Below are positions 19,229 to 29,170 of a stretch of DNA of 64,000 bases, one piece after another. Location: positions 1 to 64,000 of the forward strand of contig BTUM01000009.1 in assembly GCA_045863235.1 (NCBI GenBank). Reading direction: 5' to 3'. The position numbers were made by a program, and so were the translations under genes. How positions within the stretch are numbered: the first letter of the stretch is position 1; each line of letters begins with the position of its first letter. The DNA comes from Candidatus Xenobia bacterium. GTDB taxonomy: Bacteria > Vulcanimicrobiota > Xenobia > Xenobiales > QWHO01. The notes beneath the pieces were generated by a model. The model was given only the letters and a program-made list of their open reading frames with translations, was not told the DNA's origin and searched no databases.

Positions 19229-20581
19229 ATGAACTACATTCCACACACCGCCCAGGATCAGCAGAAGATGCTGCAGGCCGTCGGCCTCTCGACGCCGGCC
19301 GACCTGTTCAGCTACCTGCCGGACGCGGTCAAACTGGGGCGGCCCCTGGCGCTGGCCCCCGGGCTGAGCGAGCACGAGCTGATCCGCCACCTCGAGAACC
19401 TGGCCTCCAAGAACAAGCTGGCCACCCGGGGCTCGTTCCTGGGAGCCGGTGCCTACCATCACTACAGCCCCTCGGTGGTGGATACGGTCATCTCGCGCTC
19501 GGAGTTCCTCACGGCTTACACTCCCTATCAGCCCGAGGTGAGCCAGGGCACCCTGCAGGCCATCTTCGAGTTTCAGACCATGATCTGCGAGCTGACCGGG
19601 ATGGACGCGGCCAACGCCTCGGTCTACGATGGCTCCAACGCCACCGTGGAATCGGTTCTGATGGCCCTCAACACAACCAACCGCACTCGCGTGCTGGTTT
19701 CCCGGGGTGTCCACCCGCACACCCGCGAGGTGCTCAAGACCTACCTGGCGGCCCACGCCGTCACCGTGGAGGAGCTGCCCCTGGAAGATGGCCGCACCGT
19801 GCTGGCGAAGGTGGGGGATGATGCGGCCGCGGTGCTGATCCAGAACCCCAACTTCCTGGGCCTGGTGGAAGACACCCCGGCCCTGATGGAGAAGGCTCGC
19901 GCTGCCGGGGCGCTGGGCATCGTGAGCGTGGCCGATCCGGTCAGCCTGGCCCTGCTCAAGCCTCCGGGCGCCTGCGGAGCCGACATCGCGGCAGGCGAAG
20001 CGGCTCCGCTCGGATTGCCCCCCTCGTACGGAGGGCCCTACGTCGGGTTCATGGCCTGCAAGAAGCAGTATCTGCGTCGACTGCCCGGCCGACTGGCCGG
20101 CCTGACGGTGGACAGCGCCGGCCGGCGCGTTTTCTGCCTCACCTTACAGGCCCGCGAGCAGCACATCCGGCGCGAGAAGGCCGCCTCCAACATCTGCACC
20201 AACCAGGGCCTGTGTGCCCTGGCGGTCACATCCTACCTGGCCCTGGTGGGTCCCCAGGGGCTGCGCGAGGCGGCCCTGACCTGTCTGAGCCTGGCCGAGA
20301 GCTTTAAGCGGCGGGTGGCCGAGATCCCAGGTTACAGGGTGCTGTTCAGCTCGCCCAGCTTCCATGAGGTGGCGGTGGAGTGCCCGGTGGACCCGGTCGA
20401 GCTCAATCGCAAGCTGGCCGAGCGGGGCATTCTGGGGGGCTATCCCCTGGCGGGCGAGTTCCCCGAGCTCAAGAACGCCATGCTGCTTTGTTTTACCGAG
20501 GTGAACGGAGCCGCTGAGCTGGACAATCTGCTCTCCGACCTGGCCGCGCTGGGCCGCACCCTGGAGGCCGCCCGTGGATAG
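19229..20581 (+). CDS. gcvPA: Glycine dehydrogenase subunit 1
   Basis: MNYIPHT, EFLTAYTPYQPEVSQG, REQHIRREKAASNICTN. Confidence 0.95.
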   Translation: MNYIPHTAQDQQKMLQAVGLSTPADLFSYLPDAVKLGRPLALAPGLSEHELIRHLENLASKNKLATRGSFLGAGAYHHYSPSVVDTVISRSEFLTAYTPYQPEVSQGTLQAIFEFQTMICELTGMDAANASVYDGSNATVESVLMALNTTNRTRVLVSRGVHPHTREVLKTYLAAHAVTVEELPLEDGRTVLAKVGDDAAAVLIQNPNFLGLVEDTPALMEKARAAGALGIVSVADPVSLALLKPPGACGADIAAGEAAPLGLPPSYGGPYVGFMACKKQYLRRLPGRLAGLTVDSAGRRVFCLTLQAREQHIRREKAASNICTNQGLCALAVTSYLALVGPQGLREAALTCLSLAESFKRRVAEIPGYRVLFSSPSFHEVAVECPVDPVELNRKLAERGILGGYPLAGEFPELKNAMLLCFTEVNGAAELDNLLSDLAALGRTLEAARG

Positions 20582-22025
20582 ACTCGAGCCCACCCTGTTC
20601 GAAAAGAGCTCGCCCGGGCGGCGCGGCTGCCATCCTCCCTCGGGTGGCGTGGCCATGGTCGACCCGGTGGCCGTGCTGGGCGCCGAGCTGGTGCGCGAGG
20701 CCCCTCCTGGTCTGCCCGAGTTGGGCGAGCTGCAGGTCCTGCGCCACTTCATGCGGTTGTCGCAGCTGAACTTCTCCATCGACACCAACTTCTATCCGCT
20801 GGGCTCCTGTACGATGAAGTACAACCCGCGCGTGAACGAGGTCACTGCCCGGATGCCCGGCTTTGCCCGCCTTCACCCCATGCAGCCGGTGGAAGCCGTG
20901 CAGGGCGCCCTGGAGCTGATGCACGACCTGCAAAACGACCTGCAGGAGATCACCGGCATGGACGGCTTCACCCTCCAGCCGGCCGCCGGAGCCCACGGCG
21001 AGCTGACAGCCCTCTTCATGGCCGCGGCCTACTTCCGCGACCGGGGCGAGAAGCGCACCAAGGTGGTGGTGCCCGACTCCTCTCACGGTACCAACCCGGC
21101 CAGCGCGGCCCTGGCGGGCTTCGAGGTGATCACCATCCCCACCAACGCGGTGGGAGACGTGGACCTCGAGCAGCTCAAGCAGCACCTCAACGACGAGGTC
21201 GCTTGCCTGATGCTGACCAACCCCAGCACCCTGGGCCTTTTCGAGCAGCAGATCGTGGAAGTGGCCCACCTGGTGCACGAGGCCGGCGGCCTGCTCTACT
21301 ATGACGGGGCCAACATGAACGCCCTCCTGGGTGTGGCCCGTCCCGGGGACATGGGCTTTGACCTGGTGCACCTCAACCTGCACAAGACCATGAGCACCCC
21401 CCATGGCGGTGGCGGCCCGGGGGCCGGCCCGGTGGGCGCGCGCGGAGCCCTGGTGGATTACCTGCCGGGTCCGCGCTCAGCGCGCCAGGGGGAGGGGTTC
21501 GCCTTCGAGACCCCCTCCAAGAGCATCGGCCGGGTGCGCATGTTCTGGGGCAACTTCCTGGTGCTGGTGCGAGCCTATACCTACATCCGCCACCACGGCC
21601 CCGATGGGCTGCGAGAGGTGGCCGAGGGGGCGGTCATGGCCGCCAACTACCTGCGCGCGCGTGTGAAGGACGCCTTCGACATGCCCTACGACCGGCTCTG
21701 CATGCATGAGTTCGTGCTCTCAGCCAGGACCATGAAGGAGAAGAAAGGCGTGCGGGCCATGGACGTGGCCAAACGCTTGCTCGACTACGGCTTCCACGCT
21801 CCCACGGTCTACTTCCCGCTGTGCGTGGAAGAGGCTTTGATGATCGAGCCCACCGAGACCGAGGCTTTGGAAACCCTTGACTCCTTTGCCGAGGCGCTGC
21901 TGAAGATCGCACAGGAAGATGTGGCTCTGGTCACCACCGCGCCCCACAACACGCCCGTGGGTCGGGCCGATGAAGCTCGTGCGGCCCGTAAGCCGATTTT
22001 GCGCTGGGAGGGGGAAGGGCCGTAA
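20574..22025 (+). CDS. gcvPB: Glycine dehydrogenase subunit 2
   Basis: PLGSCTMKYNP, QPAAGAHGE, HLNLHKT (PLP Lys), PHGGGGPG, IEPTETE. Confidence 0.95.
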   Translation: MDRLEPTLFEKSSPGRRGCHPPSGGVAMVDPVAVLGAELVREAPPGLPELGELQVLRHFMRLSQLNFSIDTNFYPLGSCTMKYNPRVNEVTARMPGFARLHPMQPVEAVQGALELMHDLQNDLQEITGMDGFTLQPAAGAHGELTALFMAAAYFRDRGEKRTKVVVPDSSHGTNPASAALAGFEVITIPTNAVGDVDLEQLKQHLNDEVACLMLTNPSTLGLFEQQIVEVAHLVHEAGGLLYYDGANMNALLGVARPGDMGFDLVHLNLHKTMSTPHGGGGPGAGPVGARGALVDYLPGPRSARQGEGFAFETPSKSIGRVRMFWGNFLVLVRAYTYIRHHGPDGLREVAEGAVMAANYLRARVKDAFDMPYDRLCMHEFVLSARTMKEKKGVRAMDVAKRLLDYGFHAPTVYFPLCVEEALMIEPTETEALETLDSFAEALLKIAQEDVALVTTAPHNTPVGRADEARAARKPILRWEGEGP

Positions 22026-22954
22026 GTAGCGACGTCGACACGGGGACCATCTTCAGCCAGGCCGCCGCCGTTCTCGAGGAGAATCTGCAGAGCCTGGCCG
22101 AACGGGTTTCCGACCGCTGCTTTGCCGAGCTTCCCTCCTATAAGCCCGATGTGATGGCTCGCGAGGAGTCGCGGCGCACGGTCGAGCGACTGGTTAGCTT
22201 CATGATCGGGCATCTGCGCCAGACCAGCACCGCCTCCACCTCGGACGAAGCGGGCCGCTGGCACAACGAGCTGGTCAGCTTCGAGGAAGGCATCGCGGCC
22301 CGCCGGGTCAAGATGCAGATCGACTTCACCGACTTGATGTATGGCCTCTACTTTCTCAATGAGGAGACCTGGCGCACGCTGGCCCAGAAGCTCCCCCGCC
22401 CCGTGGTCTCAGAGGACCTCTTCCGACTCGAGCGCCGCCTCAACGGGCTGATGGACCAGTTTTTTGTGGAGGTCTCCTCGGCCTACGTCAAGAGCGCTCG
22501 AGACGTGATCGAAAGCCAGGAGAAGGCCCTTCTCAAGTGGGAGGAGGTGGTGCGCTCTGCCTCCGAGATCCGCCTCAAGATTCCGTGCGAGAACGAGTTC
22601 GCCGCCACCGTGCGGCTGCAGGCCGAGGCCATCGCTCGACGCAGCGGCTTTACTGACGAAGAGATCTATGACATCGTGACGGCCGTGGGCGAAGTGTGCG
22701 ACAACGCCATCGAGCACGGGGGCTCAGAGCGGGGCATCGACGTGATCTATCGCTTCGCTCCCACCGAGATCTCGGTGGAAGTGCAGGATTTCGGGGTCGG
22801 CTTCGAGCCGACCGGTCGGGGCGAGGAAGTCCCGGACCTGTTCTCCGAGCGCGGACGAGGGATCTTTTTGATGAAGAACCTGATGGATCGGGTCGAGATC
22901 GATTCCCGACCCGGTCAGGGCACCCGCGTCTTCCTGGCCAAGTCGCGCGATTGA
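22022..22954 (+). CDS. RsbW-like anti-sigma/Ser kinase (HATPase_c_2) with N-terminal helical RsbRD_N-like domain; start uncertain (22022 or 22151)
   Basis: TAVGEVCDNAIEHG, VQDFGVGF, ERGRGIFLM, GTRVFL. The frame is open from 21992 but the first canonical start is 22151. Confidence 0.75.
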   Translation, partial: VSSDVDTGTIFSQAAAVLEENLQSLAERVSDRCFAELPSYKPDVMAREESRRTVERLVSFMIGHLRQTSTASTSDEAGRWHNELVSFEEGIAARRVKMQIDFTDLMYGLYFLNEETWRTLAQKLPRPVVSEDLFRLERRLNGLMDQFFVEVSSAYVKSARDVIESQEKALLKWEEVVRSASEIRLKIPCENEFAATVRLQAEAIARRSGFTDEEIYDIVTAVGEVCDNAIEHGGSERGIDVIYRFAPTEISVEVQDFGVGFEPTGRGEEVPDLFSERGRGIFLMKNLMDRVEIDSRPGQGTRVFLAKSRD

Positions 22955-23664
22955 CCTTCGCCGACTATCTGGCCACTCGGCCCGAGCGCTGGGAGCTGGT
23001 GCTGGACCCCCCCTTGCCGGCCCGGACCAATATGGAGCGCGATGAAGCTCTGCTGGGAAGCCCGGTGCCAGTGCTTCGCCTCTATTCCTGGCAAGAGCCC
23101 ACCCTGTCGCTGGGCTGCTTCCAGAAGGACACCTTTCCCGGCTGGCCCTGCGTGCGCCGCCCCTCGGGCGGGCGCGCCCTCTGGCACGCCGACGAGATCA
23201 CCTACGCGCTGGTCCTGCCCGAAAGTGGCCGGCTCTCGGTGCGGGAGGCCTTCTGCGGAGTGACCCGCGGGCTGGCGGCGGCCCTGCGAGCGCTGGGAGC
23301 AAGCGAGGTGGAGACATGTGCAGCCGACAGCATCCCCCCGGGGCGTGAAAATCCCTCCTGCATGGCCGTCACCCGCCTGGGAGAGCTTTCGGCGCGAGGC
23401 CGCAAGCTGGCCGGCAGCGCCCAGGTACGGCGCGGGAACGCCCTGCTCCAGCACGGCTCCCTGCCACGCCGGCTGGACCGGGAAAGTCTCCGGCGGTTAT
23501 GGGGCGAGAGCCAGCAGGTCATCGACCTTGAGGCCCTGGGTCTGGCCGAGCTTCAACCCGAGCAACTGGCCCGGGAGCTGGGGCGAGTCTGGGGGGTCAC
23601 CTGGGAGGAGCCAGACCATGGCAGCGCAAACCCTGGATCATCGCTCGGGAGGTGTGGCCCGTGA
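22951..23664 (+). CDS. Lipoate-protein ligase A / octanoyltransferase (LipM-like)
   Basis: NMERDEALL, LRLYSW..PTLSLG, RRPSGGRALWH, RKLAGSAQ, LQHGS; TTG start overlaps the upstream TGA; fits lipoylation of GcvH. Confidence 0.88.
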   Translation: MTFADYLATRPERWELVLDPPLPARTNMERDEALLGSPVPVLRLYSWQEPTLSLGCFQKDTFPGWPCVRRPSGGRALWHADEITYALVLPESGRLSVREAFCGVTRGLAAALRALGASEVETCAADSIPPGRENPSCMAVTRLGELSARGRKLAGSAQVRRGNALLQHGSLPRRLDRESLRRLWGESQQVIDLEALGLAELQPEQLARELGRVWGVTWEEPDHGSANPGSSLGRCGP

Positions 23665-23772
23665 CTTGGTCGGTCGAAGGCTCGATCTTCTGTTTACTCT
23701 GCCAGGTTGCTGTGCACGGAGGCTGCGCCTGCCCTGGGTGCGGGGCTGAGCTGATCGTTGCGCTGACTCGAG

Positions 23773-24273
23773 ATGTCCCCGGCTCCCCGGCCTGAGATCG
23801 CCTTCCGGCTGCGTCCGGCCAGCGCCGACGATCTGCCGGACATCGTCGAACTGGCGGTGCAGATGGTGGTCCACTCTCTATCCCCCTATCGCGACTCCAC
23901 GCCCGAAATGGTGCGCGTCTACCGCCGCGAAGACCTGCGGACCCTGCAGGACGCCCTCCAACTCGACCGGGCCCGGGTGCTGGTCGCCGAAGCCCCTGAC
24001 GGCTCGCTGTTAGGACACATCGTGGTGCTGGCCGGCCAGATCGACTCCAGCACGGGGGAGGCTCAGGGCTGGATCTTCGACGTCTCCGTGCGCCACGACT
24101 GCTGGGGCAAAGGCGTCGGTCGCACGCTGGTGGCCGCCGCGGAGCATTTCGTGGCCGAACGCGGACTGAGCCGCATCGGTCTGGGGGTGACCAGCGCCAA
24201 CCAGCGGGCCGTGCGCTTCTACGAGGAGCTTGGTTACCTGGAGGAGCGCAAACAAATGATCAAGAAGCTCTGA
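23773..24273 (+). CDS. GNAT-family N-acetyltransferase
   Basis: VSVRHDCWGKGVGRTLV, NQRAVRFYEELGY. Confidence 0.88.
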   Translation: MSPAPRPEIAFRLRPASADDLPDIVELAVQMVVHSLSPYRDSTPEMVRVYRREDLRTLQDALQLDRARVLVAEAPDGSLLGHIVVLAGQIDSSTGEAQGWIFDVSVRHDCWGKGVGRTLVAAAEHFVAERGLSRIGLGVTSANQRAVRFYEELGYLEERKQMIKKL

Positions 24274-24281
24274 CGCCCTTT

Positions 24282-25829
24282 ATGACCACCGAAACCCGTT
24301 CTCGCCAAGTTGTCCTGGACGGACGCTCGCTCACCCTCACCGACCTGGAAGCCATGTCCCGGCCACAGGTCACCGTCCGACTCGATCCCGAAGTGGGCGA
24401 GCGGGTGCGCGCCTCGCGAGCCGTGGTGGACGATTTGGTAGCCCGGGGCGAGGTGGTCTACGGCCTGAACACCGGTTTCGGTCGCATGGTGACCCAGAGA
24501 ATCGACCGCTCCGACATCCAACAGTTGCAGCGCAATCTCGTGCGCAGCCACAGCGCCGGCGTGGGCGACCCTTTACCGGAAGCGGCTGTGCGAGTGATGA
24601 TCGGCCTGCGAGTCAATGCGCTGGCCCGAGGCTACAGCGGAGTGCGACTGCTGGTTCTGGAGCGACTGCTCGACTGGCTGGCCGCCGGACTGACGCCCGA
24701 GGTGCCCTCGCGCGGGTCGGTCGGCTCCTCGGGCGACCTGGCGCCCCTGTCGCACATCGCCCTGGGCTTGATGGGAGAGGGGTGGTGCCGTTATCAGGGG
24801 CGCCGCCTGCCTGCCCCCGAAGGCTTGGCCGCGGTCGGCCTGGAGCCGATCTGCCTGGAGGCCAAGGAAGGCCTGGCGCTGATCAACGGCACCCAGATGA
24901 TGACCGCGGTTGGCGGTCTGGCGCTGGCCCGCGCCGGAAGGCTGCTGCGCATCGCCGACATTCTGGGCGCGATGAGCCTGGAGGCGCTGATGGGCACCGA
25001 CACCGCCTTCTCGCCGGACATCCATCAAGTTCGCCCCCACCCGGGACAGAGCCAGTCGGCTCAGACCCTGCGCATCCTGCTGGCCGAATCGGCCCTGGTG
25101 GCCTCGCACAAGGATTGCACTCGAGTTCAAGACGCCTACTCCCTGCGCTGTATGCCCCAGGTGCACGGAGCCGCGCGCGACGGGCATGCCTTTGCGGTCG
25201 GCATCCTCGAGCGCGAGATCAACTCGGCCACCGACAACCCGCTGGTCTTTCCGGAAGGGAGCCAGGTGCTGAGCGGCGGCAACTTCCACGGCGCTCCGGT
25301 GGCCCTGGCTCTGGACTGCGCCAAGGTGGCCCTGGCCTACCTGGGAACCATCTCCGAGCGGCGCTCGGAACGGCTCCTCAATCCCGATACCAGCGGTCTG
25401 CCGCCCTTCTTGACCCGCCAGGGCGGCCTGCACTCGGGGCTCATGCTGGTCCAGTACGCAGCCGCCGCTCTGGCCAACGAGAACAAAGTTCTTGGCCACC
25501 CGGCCAGCCTCGACTCCATCCCCACCTCGGCCGGCCAGGAGGACCACAACAGCATGGGACCCACCGCGGCCTTCGCGCTGGAGCGCCTGGTCGATAACCT
25601 CGAGCAGATTCTGGCCTGTGAGTGGATCTGCGCCGCCCAGGCACTGGAATTCCACCGCCCCCTCACCTTTGGGCCAGGCACTGAGGCCGCCTTGAGCTGC
25701 CTGCGAGAACGCGTCCCCGCGCTCGAGAACGACCGGGTGCTGGCCGAGGACCTGGCAACCGCTCGCGACCTCATTCGCAACGGGGAACCGCTGGGTCGGG
25801 TGGAGGCCAAGGTCGGCCCCTTGCCCTGA
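24282..25829 (+). CDS. hutH: Histidine ammonia-lyase
   Basis: VYGLNTGFG, LVRSHSAGVG, GSVGSSGDLAPL, KEGLALINGTQ, QDAYSLRC.PQVHG, GGNFHG, QEDHNSMG. Confidence 0.92.
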   Translation: MTTETRSRQVVLDGRSLTLTDLEAMSRPQVTVRLDPEVGERVRASRAVVDDLVARGEVVYGLNTGFGRMVTQRIDRSDIQQLQRNLVRSHSAGVGDPLPEAAVRVMIGLRVNALARGYSGVRLLVLERLLDWLAAGLTPEVPSRGSVGSSGDLAPLSHIALGLMGEGWCRYQGRRLPAPEGLAAVGLEPICLEAKEGLALINGTQMMTAVGGLALARAGRLLRIADILGAMSLEALMGTDTAFSPDIHQVRPHPGQSQSAQTLRILLAESALVASHKDCTRVQDAYSLRCMPQVHGAARDGHAFAVGILEREINSATDNPLVFPEGSQVLSGGNFHGAPVALALDCAKVALAYLGTISERRSERLLNPDTSGLPPFLTRQGGLHSGLMLVQYAAAALANENKVLGHPASLDSIPTSAGQEDHNSMGPTAAFALERLVDNLEQILACEWICAAQALEFHRPLTFGPGTEAALSCLRERVPALENDRVLAEDLATARDLIRNGEPLGRVEAKVGPLP

Positions 25830-25939
25830 CAGGAGTAGGAACCCGTTTATGACGCGCCGAAGAGCGCGCCAAATCAAGCCCTGGGATGTTTTGCGCGGGC
25901 AGCGGACGGACGAAGGGGCCGACAAGGAGAGTCACGCAT

Positions 25940-28255
25940 TTGGCCAGACGGCGCAGGCGCACGAGGATCGGGGAAAGCCAGGAGAACCTCCTCGACGGTG
26001 GCGATGAGCTCGGGTCCGACGAGGACGACGAGCTGGATAACGTGCTCTCCAGCCTGGAAGCACGAGTCCGCGAGGTGGAACTGCTGGCCGAGGTCCAGTC
26101 CAAGGACACCCAGGGCATGCGGGCCCGCATGGAGCAGTTTCATCGTGAGCTCAAAGACCTGTCCCTGGAGACGCCGGAAGACGATGAGCTGGTCGAGGAC
26201 GTCGAGAAGCTCGAGCGTCAGATGGCCGCTCTGGCCCAGACCCAGGCCCACGTTTCCCAACAGCTGGGCCAGCTGGCTGTCCGCCTCGAGTCGGGCGAGT
26301 TCCTGGGGTCGGTAGGGGCGCAGGTCGAGTCAGCTCACCTGAAAGTCGAAGAGCTGCGAGCCGAAGCAGCCCTGGCCCTGGAGCAGCTGATGACCCGGGT
26401 GGGCGAGGAGCTCGACTCTCGCTTTGGCGTATATGACGCCCGTCTGAGCGAGCTGATGGCCCACGCCGGGGCCATGCGCGACGAGCTTTCCTCGGGCCGA
26501 GTGGCTCCGGCCGAGATCAACGACCTGGTAGGCCGGTCGGTCAGCCAGATGGAGTCGCGCCTCGAGGGCGCGCGAGCCGAGCTGGGCGGGCGCTTTGACG
26601 AAATGCACGCGGCCGTGGCCCAGGAGTTCGAGGAGTTGACCGAGCGGCTGGGCCAGGAGCTGGGCCAGATGGCCCGCCTGACCGATGTCGACCAACGCCT
26701 GCAGTCGCTGACCAGTGAGCTCGAGGTGGCTATCACCGAGCTGCGCACCATGATTGAGGCGGGCCCATCCGAAGCGGTGGTTTCCGAGATGCGTCGCGCC
26801 CTCGAGCAAGAGCGCGAGCACACGGCCCGCAGCCTGGACGAGGTGCGCCGGGCCATGAGCGACCTGCAGTCGAGCGTGGGCGACGCGGATGGTCTGGCTC
26901 AACGAGCTCGCGCCGCACTGGATGCGGTCGGTAGCCTGGAAAGCCGTTACAACGCCATCTCCGAACGAGTCAGCCAGGCCGCCTCGGTGGCCGAGAAGCA
27001 GATGCAGACCGTCAACCTGGCCATCCGCCTGGTGGAAGAGCTCGACCAGAAGGCCCGGGGCGCCCATGCCCGAGTCGGCGGCGCAAGTGGGGGCGGCGGC
27101 GAAGACGTCTTTGATCCCGCCGAGGCCGGTGGCACGGAAGACCTGGGCTTTGAGGTGGGGGACCTGCTTCAGGTCATGATCAAGCACAACGCCACCGACC
27201 TGCACCTCAAGGTGGGCATGCCGCCCATGGTGCGCCTCGACGGCGAGCTCATCCCGGTGGGCGAACGGGTGCTCAACGAGGTCGACTGCCGACGCCTGGT
27301 CTACTCCAGCATGACCCAGAACCAGCGCAGCCGGCTGGTGGAGTCCCGCCAGATCGATTATCCCTTCTCGCTGTCCGGAATTCGCTTCCGCATCAATGCC
27401 TTCTTCGAGCGCGGCAACGTGAGCGCCGCCCTGCGCGCCCTGCGAGGAGAGATGCCCAGCCTGGACGAGCTCGGCCTGCCGGCGGTGGCCAAGCGCCTGG
27501 CGACCCTGGCGAACGGGCTGGTGCTCGTCGCCGGGCCCACCGGCTCGGGCAAGTCGACCACGCTGACGGCCCTGGTGGACTACATCAACAACAACCGCAA
27601 GGTGCATGTGCTCACCATCGAGGAGACGGTCGAGTTCTACCACACCGACAAGCTGTCCATGGTGACCCAGCGCGAGGTGGGCAGCGACGTGCCCAGCTTC
27701 GCCGAGGGCGTTTGGCAGGCCCTGCGCCAGGATCCCAACGTCATCGTTGTAGGCGATTTGCGCGACAGCGAGTCGGTGCGGGCCGCGATCGTGGCCGCCT
27801 CCACCGGAAGGCTGGTGCTGGCAGGGATGTCCTCCTTCAGCGCGGTCAGCGCCGTAGACCGGATTCTCAATGCCTTTGCCGCCGGCGAGGCCCAGCGCCA
27901 GGTTCGCCAGATGCTGGCGACCTCTCTGCGGGGCGTGCTCGGCCAGCGGCTCCTGAATCGAGCCGACGGTCAGGGGCGCGTGCTGGCGGTAGAGGTCCTG
28001 ATCGGAACCAGCATGGTCGCCTCCCACATCCTCGAGGGTCAGACCCACCAGATTGGCCAATTCCAGGCTCAGGGCGCGGCCGATGGAATGCAGACCCTGA
28101 CCCAGGCCCTGGGTCGGCTCTACGAGGCCGGACTGATCAGCAAGGAAGAAGCTGCCTATCACGCCGAGCAACCGGCTGATACCCGGCCGTCCGAGTCTGG
28201 AATCCCGGTGCCGGCCGCCTCCATGACCGAAGACACATTGATGAACTGGCTCTGA
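25940..28255 (+). CDS. PilT/PilU-family ATPase with long N-terminal coiled coil and degenerate catalytic motifs
   Basis: ATDLHLKVGMPP, RFRINAF, GPTGSGKSTT, QREVG, ALRQDPN; TTG 25940 with AAGGAG upstream. Confidence 0.85.
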   Translation: MARRRRRTRIGESQENLLDGGDELGSDEDDELDNVLSSLEARVREVELLAEVQSKDTQGMRARMEQFHRELKDLSLETPEDDELVEDVEKLERQMAALAQTQAHVSQQLGQLAVRLESGEFLGSVGAQVESAHLKVEELRAEAALALEQLMTRVGEELDSRFGVYDARLSELMAHAGAMRDELSSGRVAPAEINDLVGRSVSQMESRLEGARAELGGRFDEMHAAVAQEFEELTERLGQELGQMARLTDVDQRLQSLTSELEVAITELRTMIEAGPSEAVVSEMRRALEQEREHTARSLDEVRRAMSDLQSSVGDADGLAQRARAALDAVGSLESRYNAISERVSQAASVAEKQMQTVNLAIRLVEELDQKARGAHARVGGASGGGGEDVFDPAEAGGTEDLGFEVGDLLQVMIKHNATDLHLKVGMPPMVRLDGELIPVGERVLNEVDCRRLVYSSMTQNQRSRLVESRQIDYPFSLSGIRFRINAFFERGNVSAALRALRGEMPSLDELGLPAVAKRLATLANGLVLVAGPTGSGKSTTLTALVDYINNNRKVHVLTIEETVEFYHTDKLSMVTQREVGSDVPSFAEGVWQALRQDPNVIVVGDLRDSESVRAAIVAASTGRLVLAGMSSFSAVSAVDRILNAFAAGEAQRQVRQMLATSLRGVLGQRLLNRADGQGRVLAVEVLIGTSMVASHILEGQTHQIGQFQAQGAADGMQTLTQALGRLYEAGLISKEEAAYHAEQPADTRPSESGIPVPAASMTEDTLMNWL

Positions 28256-28303
28256 GTCTTGAACCAGATCGGCATCGATCCGAAGTGGGGTAGGCACTAG
28301 CGC

Positions 28304-29053
28304 GTGGCCTTCGGTTTTGCCAGCTTTGGCGACCCCTTCGCCGAGCCGGAGCCGGTGGTGGCCCCGGTGGATGGCGTGCGTGGGCGCCTGGCCGAGATCA
28401 AGGAGACCATCGCCCGCACCTGTGTGAAAGTGGGGCGCGATCCCCGGTCGGTGCGCCTGATCGGCGTGACCAAACTGCACACCGCCCAGGAGATCAAACC
28501 TGCCGTGGAAGCCGGGTTGGAGGACCTGGGCGAGAACTATGTGCAGGAAGCTCGCCAGAAAGCCACCCAGATACCCGGCGCCAAGTGGCACCTGATCGGC
28601 CATCTGCAAAAGAACAAGGTGCATCTTGCGGTCCAACTCTTCCAGATGATCCACACGCTGGACTCCATCGAGCTGATCCGCCGGGTGGAAGAGCGCTGCC
28701 ACGAGCGCGGCCAGAGCCTCTCCGGACTGATCCAGATTCGACTCGGCGGCGAGGTGAGCAAAAATGGCATCGAGCCCGAGCAGCTCGCGCCCCTGCTCGC
28801 CAGAGTGGCCGAGAACCCGCCCACCCGCTTGAAGCTGGTCGGCCTGATGACCGTTCCTCCTCCACCTGACAACCCTGAGCAGAGTCGACCGCACTTTCGA
28901 CGCCTGCGCGAGCTGCTCGAGCAAAACCAGGCTTCTTTCAACGGGTCGGAGCTCTCCATGGGGATGAGCGCCGATTATGTGACCGCCATCGAGGAAGGGG
29001 CCACCCTGTTGCGATTGGGTACCGCCATCTTCGGACCCCGCACAGTGCCCTGA
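28304..29053 (+). CDS. yggS: PLP homeostasis protein YggS
   Basis: LIGVTK, GENYVQE, WHLIGHLQKNK, GLMT, LSMGMSADY..AIEEGAT..RLGTAIFG. Confidence 0.93.
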   Translation: MAFGFASFGDPFAEPEPVVAPVDGVRGRLAEIKETIARTCVKVGRDPRSVRLIGVTKLHTAQEIKPAVEAGLEDLGENYVQEARQKATQIPGAKWHLIGHLQKNKVHLAVQLFQMIHTLDSIELIRRVEERCHERGQSLSGLIQIRLGGEVSKNGIEPEQLAPLLARVAENPPTRLKLVGLMTVPPPPDNPEQSRPHFRRLRELLEQNQASFNGSELSMGMSADYVTAIEEGATLLRLGTAIFGPRTVP

Positions 29054-29170
29054 AGGCTCCTCAGTCCGGCCAGAAAGATTTTTCCTCACAAAGAGGGGAC
29101 CTCCCCGGCTTGTTGAATACTTCTCAATCAGGTATTGGTCGGAGGTGGGCCCGTCGTGGGAGCTCGCATC

